57,481 bases of DNA from Eledone cirrhosa (lineage: Eukaryota), in assembly GCA_964016885.1 (NCBI GenBank), contig CAXHJY010000150.1, positions 1 to 57,481 on the forward strand. Reading direction: 5' to 3'. The notes under the pieces are model-generated. The model ran no database searches and had not been told where the DNA came from. It worked only from the letters and a program-made list of their open reading frames with translations. A program made the position numbers and the translations under genes. Positions 1-16,344 of this stretch are shown piece after piece; within the stretch, counting starts at the first letter, position 1; each line of letters opens with the position of its first letter.

Positions 1-239
1 GTATATATCTATATATGTATAATGTATATATATATATATATATGTATATATCTATATATGTATAAATGTATATATATATATATGTATATATGTATATATC
101 GTATATATATATGTATATATATATATATGTATATATGTATATATGTATACATATGTATATATATATATGTATATATGTATATATGTATATATGTATATAT
201 TATAATATGTATAATTATATATGTATATATGTATATATA

Positions 240-272
<33 letters not shown>

Positions 273-808
273 ATATATGTATATATGTATATATGTATAT
301 ATATATGTATATATATATGTATATAGTATATATATGTATATATATATGTATATATATATAATGTATATATATATGTATATATATATATATATGTATATAT
401 ATAGTATATATATATGTATATATATATATGTATATATGTATATATATATGTATATATATATATATATGTATATAGTATATGTATATATATATATATATAT
501 ATTATATGTATATATATATATAGTATATATATATGTATATATATATATATAGTATATATATATGTATATATAGTATATATATATAGTATATATGTATATA
601 TATATGTATATATATGCATATATATTATATGTATATATATATTATATATATATATTATATATATGTATATATGTATATATGTATATATATTATGTATATG
701 TATATAGTATATAATATATGTATTATATGTATATGTATATATATATTATATATATGTATATATATATATATATGTATATATGTATATATTATATATGTAT
801 ATATTATG

Positions 809-843
<35 letters not shown>

Positions 844-863
844 ATGTATATATATATAGTATA

Positions 864-896
<33 letters not shown>

Positions 897-966
897 ATGT
901 ATATATATATGTATTATATGTATATATATATATATAGTATATATGTATATATAATGTATATATATG

Positions 967-1015
<49 letters not shown>

Positions 1016-1016
1016 G

Positions 1017-1051
<35 letters not shown>

Positions 1052-1800
1052 GTATATATGTATATATATATATGTATATATGTATATATATATATATATG
1101 TATATATATATGTATATATATATATGTATATATATATATGTATATATATATATGTATATATATATGTATATATATGTATATATATAGTATAGTATATATG
1201 TATATATATATATGTATATATATGTATATATATATGTATATATATATATGTATATATATATATTATGTATATATATATGTATATATATATGTATATATAA
1301 TGTATATATATATGTATATATATATGTATATATATATGTATATATATATGTTATATATATTATGTATATATATATATGTATATATATATGTATATATATA
1401 TATGTATATATATATGTATATATATATATGTATATATATATGTATATATATATATGTATATATATATGTATATATATATATGTATATATATATGTATATA
1501 TATATGTATAATTATATATATGTATATATATATGTATATATATATGTATATATATATGTATATATATATAGTATCTATATATATGTATTTATATATATGT
1601 ATTATATATATATGTATATATATATATGTATCTATATATATATGTATCTATATATATGTATTTATATATATGTATATATATATATATTTATATATATGTA
1701 TATATATATTTATATATATGTATATATATATATATTTATATATATATATTTATATATATGTATATATATATATATTTATATATATATATTTATATATATG

Positions 1801-1846
<46 letters not shown>

Positions 1847-1867
1847 CATATATGTATATATATATAT

Positions 1868-2020
1868 GATTCTGATGAAATGACAGTAAATAATAACATT
1901 GAAATATTGAATGTCTGCATAACCAAAAGTTTGTAGATAGCTGTTTTAGGTTATGTAACTGTTATAGAAACACGTGTCAATAAATTCCTTTCAACTAAAC
2001 TGTATCCATTCAAATCTTTC
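1868..2020 (+). mobile_element. 153-bp hammerhead-bearing island (Penelope pLTR-like), copy 1
   Basis: Unique sequence flanked by TA repeats; 3 substitutions versus 4705-4857; contains CTGATGA...GAAACACGTGTC-AATAAA. Confidence 0.7.
1869..1984 (+). ncRNA. Type-I hammerhead ribozyme-like motif, stem I truncated
   Basis: CTGATGA 1872-1878; stem II ATGACAGT (1880-1887)/ACTGTTAT (1958-1965); GAAA 1967-1970; palindromic stem III ACACGTGT; GUC site at 1978; stem I only ATT/AAT. Confidence 0.6.
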
Positions 2021-2036
2021 TATGTATATATATATG

Positions 2037-2067
<31 letters not shown>

Positions 2068-2846
2068 TATATATATATATGTATATATGTATATGTATAT
2101 GTATATATATATATATATGTATATATGTATATATGTATATGTCTATATATATATATATGTATATATGTATATATTTATATATATATGTATATGTATATAT
2201 ATATATGTATATGTATATATGTATATATATATATATGTATATATCTATATATGTATATATGTATATATATATATATATGTATATATGTATATATGTATAT
2301 ATATATGTATATGTATATATGTATATATGTATATATATATGTATATATGTATATATGTATATATGTATATATGTATATATATATGTATATATATATATAT
2401 GTATATATGTATATATATGTATATATATATGTATATGTATATATATATATGTATATATATGTATATATGTATATATATATGTATATATATATATATATGT
2501 ATATATATATGTATATATATATATATATGTATATATGTATATATATATGTATTATATATATATATATGTATATATATATGTATATATATGTATATATATA
2601 TGTATATATCTATATATGTATAAATGTATATATGTATATATATATGTATATATCTATATATGTATAAATGTATATATATATATGTATATATGTATATATA
2701 TATGTATATATCTATATATGTATAAATGTATATATATATATATATATGTATATATCTATATATGTATAAATGTATGTATATATATATGTATATATATATA
2801 TGTATATATGTATATATGTATATATGTATATATGTATATATATATG

Positions 2847-2881
<35 letters not shown>

Positions 2882-3148
2882 ATATATGTATATATATATG
2901 TATATATATGTATATATGTATATATATGTATATATATGTATATATATATATATGTATATATATATGTATATATATATATATATGTATATATATATGTATA
3001 TATATATATATGTATATATGTATATATATATGTATATATATATGTATATGTATATATATATGTATATATATATATATGTATATATGTATATATATATGTA
3101 TATATATATATATATGTATATATATATGTATATATGTATATATATATG

Positions 3149-3181
<33 letters not shown>

Positions 3182-3204
3182 GTATATATATGTATATATA
3201 TATG

Positions 3205-3237
<33 letters not shown>

Positions 3238-3477
3238 GTATATATATGTATATTGTATATATTATATATATAGTATATATGTATATATATATGTATATAT
3301 GTATATATGTATATATGTATATATATATGTATATATATGCATATATATAGATGTATATATGTATATATGTATATATATATGTATATATATGCATATATAT
3401 ATATGTATATATATATGTATATATGTATATATATATATGTATATATGTATATGTGTATATATGTATATATATATATG

Positions 3478-3576
<99 letters not shown>

Positions 3577-3807
3577 ATATATATGTATATATATATGTAT
3601 ATATATATGTATATATATATATGTATATATGTATATATGTATAGTATATATATATGTATATATATATATGTATATAGTATATATATATGTATATATATAT
3701 ATGTATATATATATATGTATATATATATGTATATATATATGTATATATATATATGTATAATATATATGTATATATATATGTATATATATATATGTATAAT
3801 ATATATG

Positions 3808-3865
<58 letters not shown>

Positions 3866-3960
3866 GTATATATGTATATATATATGTATATATATGTATA
3901 TATATATATATATGTATATATGTATATATATGTATATATATATATATATGTATATATATG

Positions 3961-4028
<68 letters not shown>

Positions 4029-4178
4029 TGTATGTATATATATATATATATATGTATGTATATATATGTATATATATATATGTATATATGTATATATATA
4101 TATGTATATATGTATATATATATGTATATATATACATGTATATATATATATGTATATATATATGTATATATATACATG

Positions 4179-4265
<87 letters not shown>

Positions 4266-4704
4266 GTATATATATATGTATATATATATGTATATATATG
4301 TATATATATATATGTATAAATATATATGTATATATATATGTATATATATATGTATATATATATGTATATATATATGTATATATATATGTATATATATATG
4401 TATATATATATATGTATATATATATGTATATATATATATGTATATATATATATGTATATATATATAGTATATATATATATGTATCTATATATATATGTAT
4501 ATATATATATGTATCTATATATATATGTATCTATATATATGTATTTATATATATGTATATATATATATGTATCTATATATATATGTATCTATATATATGT
4601 ATTATATATATGTATATATATATATATTTATATTATGTATATATATATTTATATATATGTATATATATATATGTATATATATACATATATGTATATATAT
4701 ATAT

Positions 4705-4857
4705 GATTCTGATGAAATGACAGTAAATAACAACATTGAAATATTGAATATCTGCATAACTAAAAGTTTGTAGATAGCTGTTTTAGGTTATGTAACTGTT
4801 ATAGAAACACGTGTCAATAAATTCCTTTCAACTAAACTGTATCCATTCAAATCTTTC
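4705..4857 (+). mobile_element. 153-bp hammerhead-bearing island, copy 2
   Basis: Direct repeat of 1868-2020 at a period of 2837 bp, with the same ribozyme motif. Confidence 0.7.
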
Positions 4858-4931
4858 TATGTATATATATATGTATATATATATGTATATATATATATAT
4901 ATGTATATATGTATATATGTATATGTATATG

Positions 4932-4962
<31 letters not shown>

Positions 4963-5059
4963 GTATATATGTATATGTCTATATATATATATATGTATAT
5001 ATGTATATATTTATATATATATGTATATGTATATATATATATGTATATATGTATATATG

Positions 5060-5090
<31 letters not shown>

Positions 5091-5238
5091 CTATATATGT
5101 ATATATGTATATATATATATATGTATATATGTATATATGTATATATATATGTATATATTATATATGTATATATGTATATATGTATATATATATGTATATA
5201 TATATATGTATATATGTATATATGTATATATGTATATA

Positions 5239-5283
<45 letters not shown>

Positions 5284-5460
5284 ATATATGTATATATATA
5301 TGTATATGTGTATATATATGTATATATATATATATGTATATATATGTATATATATATATATATGTATATATATATGTATATATATATATATTATATATGT
5401 ATATATATATGTATATATATATATATGTATATATATATGTATATATTGTATATATATATG

Positions 5461-5495
<35 letters not shown>

Positions 5496-5516
5496 GTATA
5501 TATGTATATATATGTA

Positions 5517-5547
<31 letters not shown>

Positions 5548-5895
5548 ATATATATATATATATTTATGTATATATATATATATGTATATATATATGTATC
5601 TATATATATATATGTATATATATATGTATATATATATACGTATATATGTATATATATATGTATATATATATGTATATATATATGTATATATATATGTATA
5701 TATATATGTATATATATATGTGTATATATATGTGTATATATATGTATATATATATGTATATATATATGTATATATATATGTATATATATATGTATATATA
5801 TATGTATATATATATGTATATATATATGTATATATATATGTATATAATATATGTATATATATATGTATATATATATGTATATATATATGTATATA

Positions 5896-5940
<45 letters not shown>

Positions 5941-6199
5941 GTATATATATATGTATATATTATATGTATATATATATATGTATATATATATATGTATATA
6001 TATATATGTATATATATATATGTATATATAATATGTATATATAATATGTATATATAATATGTATATATAATATGTATATATATATATGTATATATATATA
6101 TATGTATATATATATATGTATATATATATATGTATATATATATATGTATATATATATATATGTATATAATATATGTATATATATATAGATATGTGTATG

Positions 6200-6230
<31 letters not shown>

Positions 6231-6391
6231 GTTTATATATATATGTATATATATAGATATTGTGTATGTATATATATATACATATATATATATATGTATA
6301 TATATATAGATATGTGTATGTATATATATATACATATATATATATATGTATATATATATATGTTTATATATATATATATATATATATATGA

Positions 6392-6423
<32 letters not shown>

Positions 6424-6595
6424 GTAGACATATATATATATATATATATATGAATATACATATATATATATATATATAGAATATATATATATGTATGAAT
6501 ATATATGTATATATATATGTATATATATATATGTATATATATGTATATATATATGTATATATGTATATATACATATATATAAGTATATATATATG

Positions 6596-6628
<33 letters not shown>

Positions 6629-6739
6629 GTATATATGTATATATACATATATATAAGTATATATATATGTATATATATATATATATGTATATATATATGT
6701 ATATATGTATATATACATATATATAAGTATATATATATG

Positions 6740-6770
<31 letters not shown>

Positions 6771-6775
6771 GTATG

Positions 6776-6810
<35 letters not shown>

Positions 6811-6868
6811 GTATATATATATATATATGTATATTATATATATATATATGTATATAATTATGTATATG

Positions 6869-6933
<65 letters not shown>

Positions 6934-7525
6934 GTATATATATATGTATATATATATGTATATATATATATATGTATATATATATGTATATATATGTATA
7001 TATATATGTATATATATATGTATATATATATATATGTATATATATATGTATATATATGTATATATATATGTATGTATATATATATGTATATATATATGTA
7101 TATATATATGTATATATATATGTATATATATATGTATATATATTATATGTATATATATATGTATATATATGTGTATATATATGTATATATATATGTATAT
7201 ATATGTATATATATGTATATATATATGTATATATATGTATATATATATGTATATATATGTATATATATATATGTATATGTATATATATATATGTATATAT
7301 ATATATGTATATATATATATATGTATATATGTATATATATGTATATATATATGTATATATATATATGTATATATATATATGTATATATGTATATGTATGT
7401 ATATATATATATATGTATATATATATATGTATATATGTATATGTATATGTATGTATATATATATATATGTATATATATATGTATATATATATATATGTAT
7501 ATATGTATATATATATGTATGTAAT

Positions 7526-7559
<34 letters not shown>

Positions 7560-7574
7560 TTATATGTATATATG

Positions 7575-7609
<35 letters not shown>

Positions 7610-7617
7610 GTATATAT

Positions 7618-7692
<75 letters not shown>

Positions 7693-7775
7693 GTATATAT
7701 ATATATGTATATATATATATGTATATATATATATGTATATATATATGTATATATATGTATATATATATATGTATA

Positions 7776-7820
<45 letters not shown>

Positions 7821-7831
7821 GTATATATATG

Positions 7832-8053
<222 letters not shown>

Positions 8054-8137
8054 TATGTATATGTATATATATATGTATATATATATATGTATATATATAT
8101 ATGTATATATATATATGTATATATATGTATATATATG

Positions 8138-8168
<31 letters not shown>

Positions 8169-8191
8169 GTATATATATGTATATATATATG

Positions 8192-8222
<31 letters not shown>

Positions 8223-9671
8223 TATGTATATATATATGTATATATATGTATATATATGTATATATATATATGTATATATATATATATGTATATATATATG
8301 TATATATATGCGTATATGTATAAGTATATATGTATATATATGCGTATATGTATATGTATATATATATATATGCGTATATGTATATGTAAATATATATATA
8401 TATGCGTATATGTATATGTATATATATATATATGCGTATATGTATATGTAAATATATATATATATGCGTATATGTATATATATGTATATATATGCGTATA
8501 TGTATATGTATATATATATATATGTATATATATGTATATAAATGCGTATATGTATATGTATATATATGCGTATATGTATATGTATATATATGTATATGTA
8601 TATATATGTATATATATGCGTATATGTATATATATGTATATATATGCGTATATGTATATGTATATAAATGTATATATATATATATAAATGTACATATATG
8701 CGTATATATATATGTATATATATGTATATATATATATGTATATATGTATATATGTATATATATATATATGTGTATATATGTATATATATATATGTATATA
8801 TATGTATAAGTATATATATGTATATATGTATATATATGTATATATGTATATATATGTATATATATCGATATATATATGTATATATGTATATATATATATG
8901 TATATATATGTATATATGTATATATATATATGTGTATATATGTATATATATATATGTATATATATGTATATATATATGCGTATATATATGCGTATATATA
9001 TATGTATATATATGTATATATATATATGTATATATATGTATATATATATGTATATATATGCGTATATATATGTATATATATGCGTATATGTATATATATA
9101 TATATGTATATATATGCGTATATATATGTATATATATGCGTATATATATGTATATATATGCATATATATATATGTATATATATGCGTATATATATGTATA
9201 TATATGCATATATATATGTATATATATGTATATATATATATGTATATATATCCGTATATATATATGTATATATATATATATGTATATATATGGCTATATA
9301 TATTTATATACATATATATATGCGTATATATATACGTATATATATGTATATATATATGGTATATATGCGTATATATATGTATATATATGCGTATATATAT
9401 ATGTATATATATGCGTATATATATATCTATATATATTGTGTATATATGTATGTATATATATATGTATATATATGTGTATATATATATGTGTATATATATA
9501 TGTGTATATATATATATGCATATATATATGCATATATATATATGGAAATATATATATGTATATATATATATGTATATATATGTATATATATGTATGTATA
9601 TATATGTTATATATATGTATATATATATATATGTATATATATGTATATATTGTATATATATATATATATAT

Positions 9672-10105
9672 GTCAAAGGGCAAAGGAGCTCTTAAGAGTC
9701 AATGCCATCCAAAATCACCGGGAGATATGACCCCTTAGCCTTTGTCAAGGAAGAATTGTAGGTGAAGGAAACTCTGATATAACACCTGCAGCCCTGATGG
9801 TATCCAATGATGTTGACTTGTTCTTCTTTTTGGTAAATATTATCTTGGTTAAGAGAGTGGGACTGGCTTTGTGCAGTCCCTTTGCTCACTATAAAAGCTT
9901 CACGGCACAGGCATTCTGCACTTGTCATCACATGGTACCATGTGCCCAGCACTATGTTGTCAAGAATTGTCACACGTATAGTGTTTGTACCAGAGTTTTC
10001 AAGTCGCTGGCTGGAATAAAAAGTCACACTCGTTCAGCGCAACGGTAGGGGTTCTCCTACATGGATATAAAGTAGTGGCCGTACTCGAAAACGAGTTGGC
10101 AGCCA

Positions 10106-10108
<3 letters not shown>
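9672..10108 (+). mobile_element. RTE-derived non-autonomous element (family A), 5'-shortened
   Basis: Homologous to 15689-16297; starts at internal GTCAAA; small internal deletion; ends GTGGCCGTACTCGAAAACGAGTTGGCAGCCACCA then (TA)n. Confidence 0.85.
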
Positions 10109-10146
<38 letters not shown>

Positions 10147-10148
<2 letters not shown>

Positions 10149-10856
10149 CGAACATGCCAGACAACAATACGACGGTAACATAGACAACATAGAAATTAGA
10201 ATAATTTCTAAACATAGAAATGACCCAGCAAATGGCCAAATCAGAGAGGCCAGTGAAATAGAACTTAGAAGGCTAAGGATAAACAAAACAAATGAATGGA
10301 ATAACAACAACACCGAAACAAACAACACTGAGCTAAGAGAAGTATGAATAAATAAATAAATAAATAAATAGATAAATAAATAAATAAATAAGCACAATAA
10401 TAACAAACATATTAACATACACTAGTAAAGATAGAATACATTAACCAATACAGTCACACAATCAGGAACAGACATCAAACAAAACACTATACACACACGC
10501 AAACGCATGCGCAAAGAAGACAAAATAAAATAAACAAATAAATAAATAAATATATAAACAGACTAAATAAAGATGGCGTAGAAAATACAATGCAACGGGA
10601 GGAAACAATAGCACCACTGACGATATTGCAAGGTGCAACGAAAGAACTTTGATAAACTATTTATATGTGTTTGTGTCTATATTGTATCTGTATTTTTGAC
10701 CGTTGGTCAGTCAATGTCAACATTGAGGACCGAATAAATTAAATGACCGATATAAAAGACACAGAAGCGAAAAGCGAAAACCAACCAAACAGTGAGTGTG
10801 TTGTGTTATTAATGCCGGCAATATTACACAAATATGACCCTCTCCAAGTATAACAA
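10147..10856 (+). mobile_element. Penelope-like element 3' fragment (GIY-YIG C-terminus plus 3' UTR/pLTR), copy 1
   Basis: 10147-10347 translates YEHARQQYDGNIDNIEIRIISKHRNDPANGQIREASEIELRRLRINKTNEW, matching the H...QIxEAxxI...INxxxEW end of PLE endonucleases; degenerate hammerhead at 10617-10650; ends in (TA)n. Confidence 0.7.
10612..10654 (+). ncRNA. Degenerate hammerhead motif (second copy about 14683-14725)
   Basis: CTGACGA 10617-10623, stem II TTGCA/TGCAA, GAAA 10640-10643, short AG-aa-CT stem III; stem I poorly paired. Confidence 0.4.
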
Positions 10857-10937
10857 TATATATATACATATATGTATGTATATATATATGTATATATATA
10901 TATATTGTATATATATATGTATATATATATATGTATG

Positions 10938-10984
<47 letters not shown>

Positions 10985-11491
10985 GTATATATGTATATAT
11001 ATATATGTATATATATATGTATATATATGTATATGTATATGTATATATATATGTATATGTATATGTATATATATATGTATATATATGTATATGTATATAT
11101 ATATGTATATATATATATGTATGTATATATGTATATATATATATATGTATGTATGTATGTGTATATATATATATGTATGTATGTATGTGTATATATATAT
11201 GTATGTATGTATGTGTGTGTATATATATATATGTATGTATGTATGTGTCTATATATATATATGTATGTATGTATGTGTCTATATATATATATGTATGTAT
11301 ATATATATATGTGTGTATGTATGTGTGTATATATATGTATGTGTATATATATATATATGTATGTATATATATATATGTGTGTATGTATGTGTGTATATAT
11401 ATGAATGTATATATATATGTATGTATGTATGTGTATATATATATATGTATGTATGTATGTGTATATATATATATATGTATGTATGTTTGTG

Positions 11492-11522
<31 letters not shown>

Positions 11523-11638
11523 GTGTATACATATATATATATGTATGTATGTATGTGTATATATATATATATGTATGTATGTGTATATATATATATATAT
11601 GTATGTATGTGTGTATTATATATATATATATATGTATG

Positions 11639-11669
<31 letters not shown>

Positions 11670-11826
11670 GTTTGTATGTATGTGTGTATATATATATATA
11701 TGTGTGTATGTATGTATGTGTATATATATATATATATGTGTATGTATGTATGTGCATATATATATATATATATATGGATGTGCATATATATATATATATA
11801 TATGTATGCGTATATGTATATGTATA

Positions 11827-11869
<43 letters not shown>

Positions 11870-12115
11870 GCGTATATGTATATATATGTATATATATGCG
11901 TATATGTATATGTATATATATGTATATATATATATGTATATATATGCGTATATATATGTATATATATGTATATATATATGTATATATATGTATATATATG
12001 CGTATATGTATATATATGTATATATTATATATATGTATATATATCCGTATATATATATGTATATATATGTATATATATGTATATATATATATCTATATAT
12101 ATTTATATGTATATG

Positions 12116-12184
<69 letters not shown>

Positions 12185-12243
12185 ATATATATGTATATAT
12201 GTATATATATATGTATATATGTATATATATATGTATATATATG

Positions 12244-12300
<57 letters not shown>

Positions 12301-12518
12301 ATATATATATATATATATTGTATATATATGTATATATGTATATGTATATATATATATGTATATATATGTATATATGTATATATATATATATGTATATATG
12401 TATATATATATATATGTATATATATATATGTATATATATGTATATATATATATATGTATATATATGTATATATATATATATGTATATATATGTATATATA
12501 TATATATGTATATATATG

Positions 12519-12551
<33 letters not shown>

Positions 12552-12552
12552 G

Positions 12553-12587
<35 letters not shown>

Positions 12588-12772
12588 GTATATATGTATA
12601 TATATATGTATATATGTAAATATATATATATATATGTATATATATGTATATATATATATATATGTATATATATGCGTGTATATATATGTATATATATATA
12701 TATAGGTATATATATGTATATATATGCGTGTATATATATGTATATATATATATATATATAGGTATATATATG

Positions 12773-12803
<31 letters not shown>

Positions 12804-13442
12804 GTATATATATGTATATATATATATGTATATATATGTATATATATATATATGTATATATATGTATATATATATATATGTATATATATGCGTATATATA
12901 TATGTATATATATGCATATGTATATACATGCGTATATATATATGTATATATATGTATATATATGCGTATATGTATATATATATATGTATATATATGCGTA
13001 TATATATGTATATATATGCGTATATATATATGTATGTATATGTATATATATGCGTATATATATATATGTATATGTATATATATGCGTATACATATGTATA
13101 TATATATATATGTATATATATGCGTATATATATACGTATATATATGTATATATATATATATATGTGTATATATGCGTATATATATATATATGTATATATG
13201 CGTATATATATATATGTATATATACGTATATATATATATATATATGTATATATATGCGTATATATATATGTATATATATGTATATATATATATGTATATA
13301 TAAGCGTATACATATATGTATATATATGTGTATATATATATGTATATATATGTGTATATATATGTATATATATGTGTATATATATATGTATATATATATG
13401 TATATATATGTGTATATATATATGTATATATATATATATGTG

Positions 13443-13473
<31 letters not shown>

Positions 13474-13705
13474 GTGAATATATATATGTGTATATATGTG
13501 TATATATATATATGTATATATATATATATGGATATATATATATGTATATATATATATGTATATATATATATGTATATATATATATGTATATATATATATG
13601 TATATATATGTATGTATATATATGTATATATGTATGTATATATATGTATATATGTATATATATATATATGTATATATATGTATATATGTATATATATATA
13701 TATAT
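10857..13705. repeat. Compound TA/TATG/TGCG microsatellite
   Basis: Direct reading. Confidence 0.97.
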
Positions 13706-14159
13706 GTCAATGGGCAAAGGAGCTCTTAAGAGTCAATGCCATCCAAAATCACCGGGAGATATGACCCCTTAGCCTTTGTCAAGCAGAATTCTAGGAGAAG
13801 GAAAACTCTGATATAACACCTGCAGCCCTGATGGTATCCAATGATGTTGACTTGTTCTTCTTTTTGGTAAATATTATCTTGGTTAAGAGAGTGGGACTGG
13901 CTTTGTGCAGTGCCTTTGCTCACTATAAAAGCTTCACGGCACAGGCATTGCTTTATATCTGGAGATCTCTCTGCATTTGTCATCACATGGTACCATGAGC
14001 CCAGCACTATGTGTCCAGAATTGTCACACGTATAGTGTTTGTACCAGAGATTTCAAGTCGCTGGCTGGAATAAAAAGTCACAGTCGTTCAGCGCAACGGT
14101 AGGGGTTCTCCTACATGGATTTAAAGTAGTGGCCGTACTCGAAAACGAGTTGGCAGCCA

Positions 14160-14162
<3 letters not shown>
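13706..14162 (+). mobile_element. RTE-derived element family A, 5'-shortened
   Basis: Same start point and private variants (ATGCCATCC, GGGAGATATG, GGAATAAAAAG, GCAACGG) as 9672-10108. Confidence 0.85.
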
Positions 14163-14213
<51 letters not shown>

Positions 14214-14218
14214 ATATA

Positions 14219-14923
14219 TACGAACATGCCAGACAACAACACGACGGTAACATAGACAACATAGAAATTGGAATAATCTCTAAACATAGAAATGACCCAG
14301 CAAATGGCCAAATCAGAGAGGCCAGTGAAATAGAACTTAGAAGGCTAAGGATAAACAAAACAAATGAATGGAATAACAACAACACCGAAACAAACAACAC
14401 TGAGCTAAGAGAAGTATGAATAAATAAATAAATAAATAGATAAATAAATAAATAAATAAGCACAATAATAACAAACATATTAACATACACTAGTAAAGAT
14501 AGAATACATTAACCAATACACAGTCACACAATCAGGAACAGACATCAAACTAAACACTATACACACACGCAAACACATGCGCAAAGAAGACAAAATAAAA
14601 TAAACAAATAAATAAATAAATATATAAACAGACTAAATAAAGATGGCGTAGAAAATACAATGCAACAGGAGGGAAACAATAGCACCACTGACGATATTGC
14701 AGATGTGCAACGAAAGAACTTTGATAAACTATTTATATGTGTTTATGTCTATATTGTATCTGTATTTTTGACCGTTGGTCAGTCAATGTCAACATTGAGG
14801 ACTGAATAAATTAAATGACCGATATAAAAGACACAGGAGCGAAAAGCGAAAACCAACCAAACAGTGAGTGTGTTGTGTTATTAATGCTCGCAATATTACA
14901 CAAATATGACCCTCCCCAAGTAT

Positions 14924-14928
<5 letters not shown>
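14219..14928 (+). mobile_element. Penelope-like 3' fragment, copy 2
   Basis: Near-identical to 10147-10856. Confidence 0.7.
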
Positions 14929-14987
<59 letters not shown>

Positions 14988-14991
14988 CATG

Positions 14992-15050
<59 letters not shown>

Positions 15051-15141
15051 GTATATATATATGTATGTATGTATATATATATATATGTATATATACATAT
15101 ATATATATACATATGTATATGTATATATATATATATGTATG

Positions 15142-15177
<36 letters not shown>

Positions 15178-15184
15178 TGTATGC

Positions 15185-15242
<58 letters not shown>

Positions 15243-15267
15243 GTATGTATATATATATATATGTATG

Positions 15268-15298
<31 letters not shown>

Positions 15299-15371
15299 GT
15301 ATATATATATGTATATATATATGTATATATATGTATATATATATGTATATATATGTATATATATATGTATA

Positions 15372-15418
<47 letters not shown>

Positions 15419-15688
15419 GTATATATGTATATGTATATATACATGTATATATATATATATGTATATATGTGTATATATATATATATGTATGTATGTGTAT
15501 ATATATATATATGTATGTATGTATGTGTGTATATATATATATGTATGTATGTATGTGTGTATATATATATATATATGTATGTATGTATGTGTGTATATAT
15601 ATATGTATGTATGTATGTGTGTATATATATATGTATGTATGTATGTGTGTATATATATACATGTATGTATGTATGTGTATATATATAT

Positions 15689-16297
15689 GTCAGGTCACCA
15701 CTTGGTGCTACTGGTAACATGTATCCCAGTACAACCTGTCTCATGGTCGGGTCGTTGGCGACTAAACTGGCAACCCCACTAAGGTTTCTTGGTGAGGAGG
15801 GTGACTTTGGACATCCTGCAGGACTAAAAACAAAACCTGTCAAAGAGCAAAGGAGCTCTTAAGAGTCAATGGCCATCCAAAATCACCGGGAGAGATGACC
15901 CCTTAGCCTTTGTCAAGGCAGAATTCTAGGAGAAGGAAAACTCTGATATAACACCTGCAACCCTGATGGTATCCAATGATGTTGACTTGTTCTTCTTTTT
16001 GGTAAATATCATCTTGGTTAAGAGAGTGGGACTGGCTTTGTGCAGTGCCTTTGCTCACTATAAAAGCTTCACGGCACAGGCATTGCTTTGTATCTGGAGA
16101 TCTCTCTGCACTTGTCATTACATGGTACCATGGGCCCAGCACTATGTGTCAATAATTGTCACAAGTGTAGTGTTTGTACCAGAGTTTTCAAGTTGCTGGC
16201 TGGACTAAAAAGTCACACTCGTTCAGCGTATCGGTAGGGGTTCTCCTACATGGTTATAAAGTAGTGGCCGTACTCGAAAACGAGTTGGCAGCCACCA
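15689..16297 (+). mobile_element. RTE-derived element family A, longest form (609 bp)
   Basis: Contains CTAGGAGAAGGAAAACTCTGAT (motif typical of RTE 5' regions), a zinc-finger remnant, a 3' stem-loop and a (TATG)n tail. Confidence 0.85.
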
Positions 16298-16344
16298 TAT
16301 GTATGTATGTATGTATATATGTATGTATGTATGTATATATTTGT

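Noticed and set aside
15689-15850. Possible HDV-like ribozyme at the 5' end of family A (CCAGT/ACTGG, GG-hairpin-CTAA)
   Set aside because: P2- and P4-like parts are visible, but no convincing P1 or L3 could be built by eye; needs an RNArobo or Infernal search.
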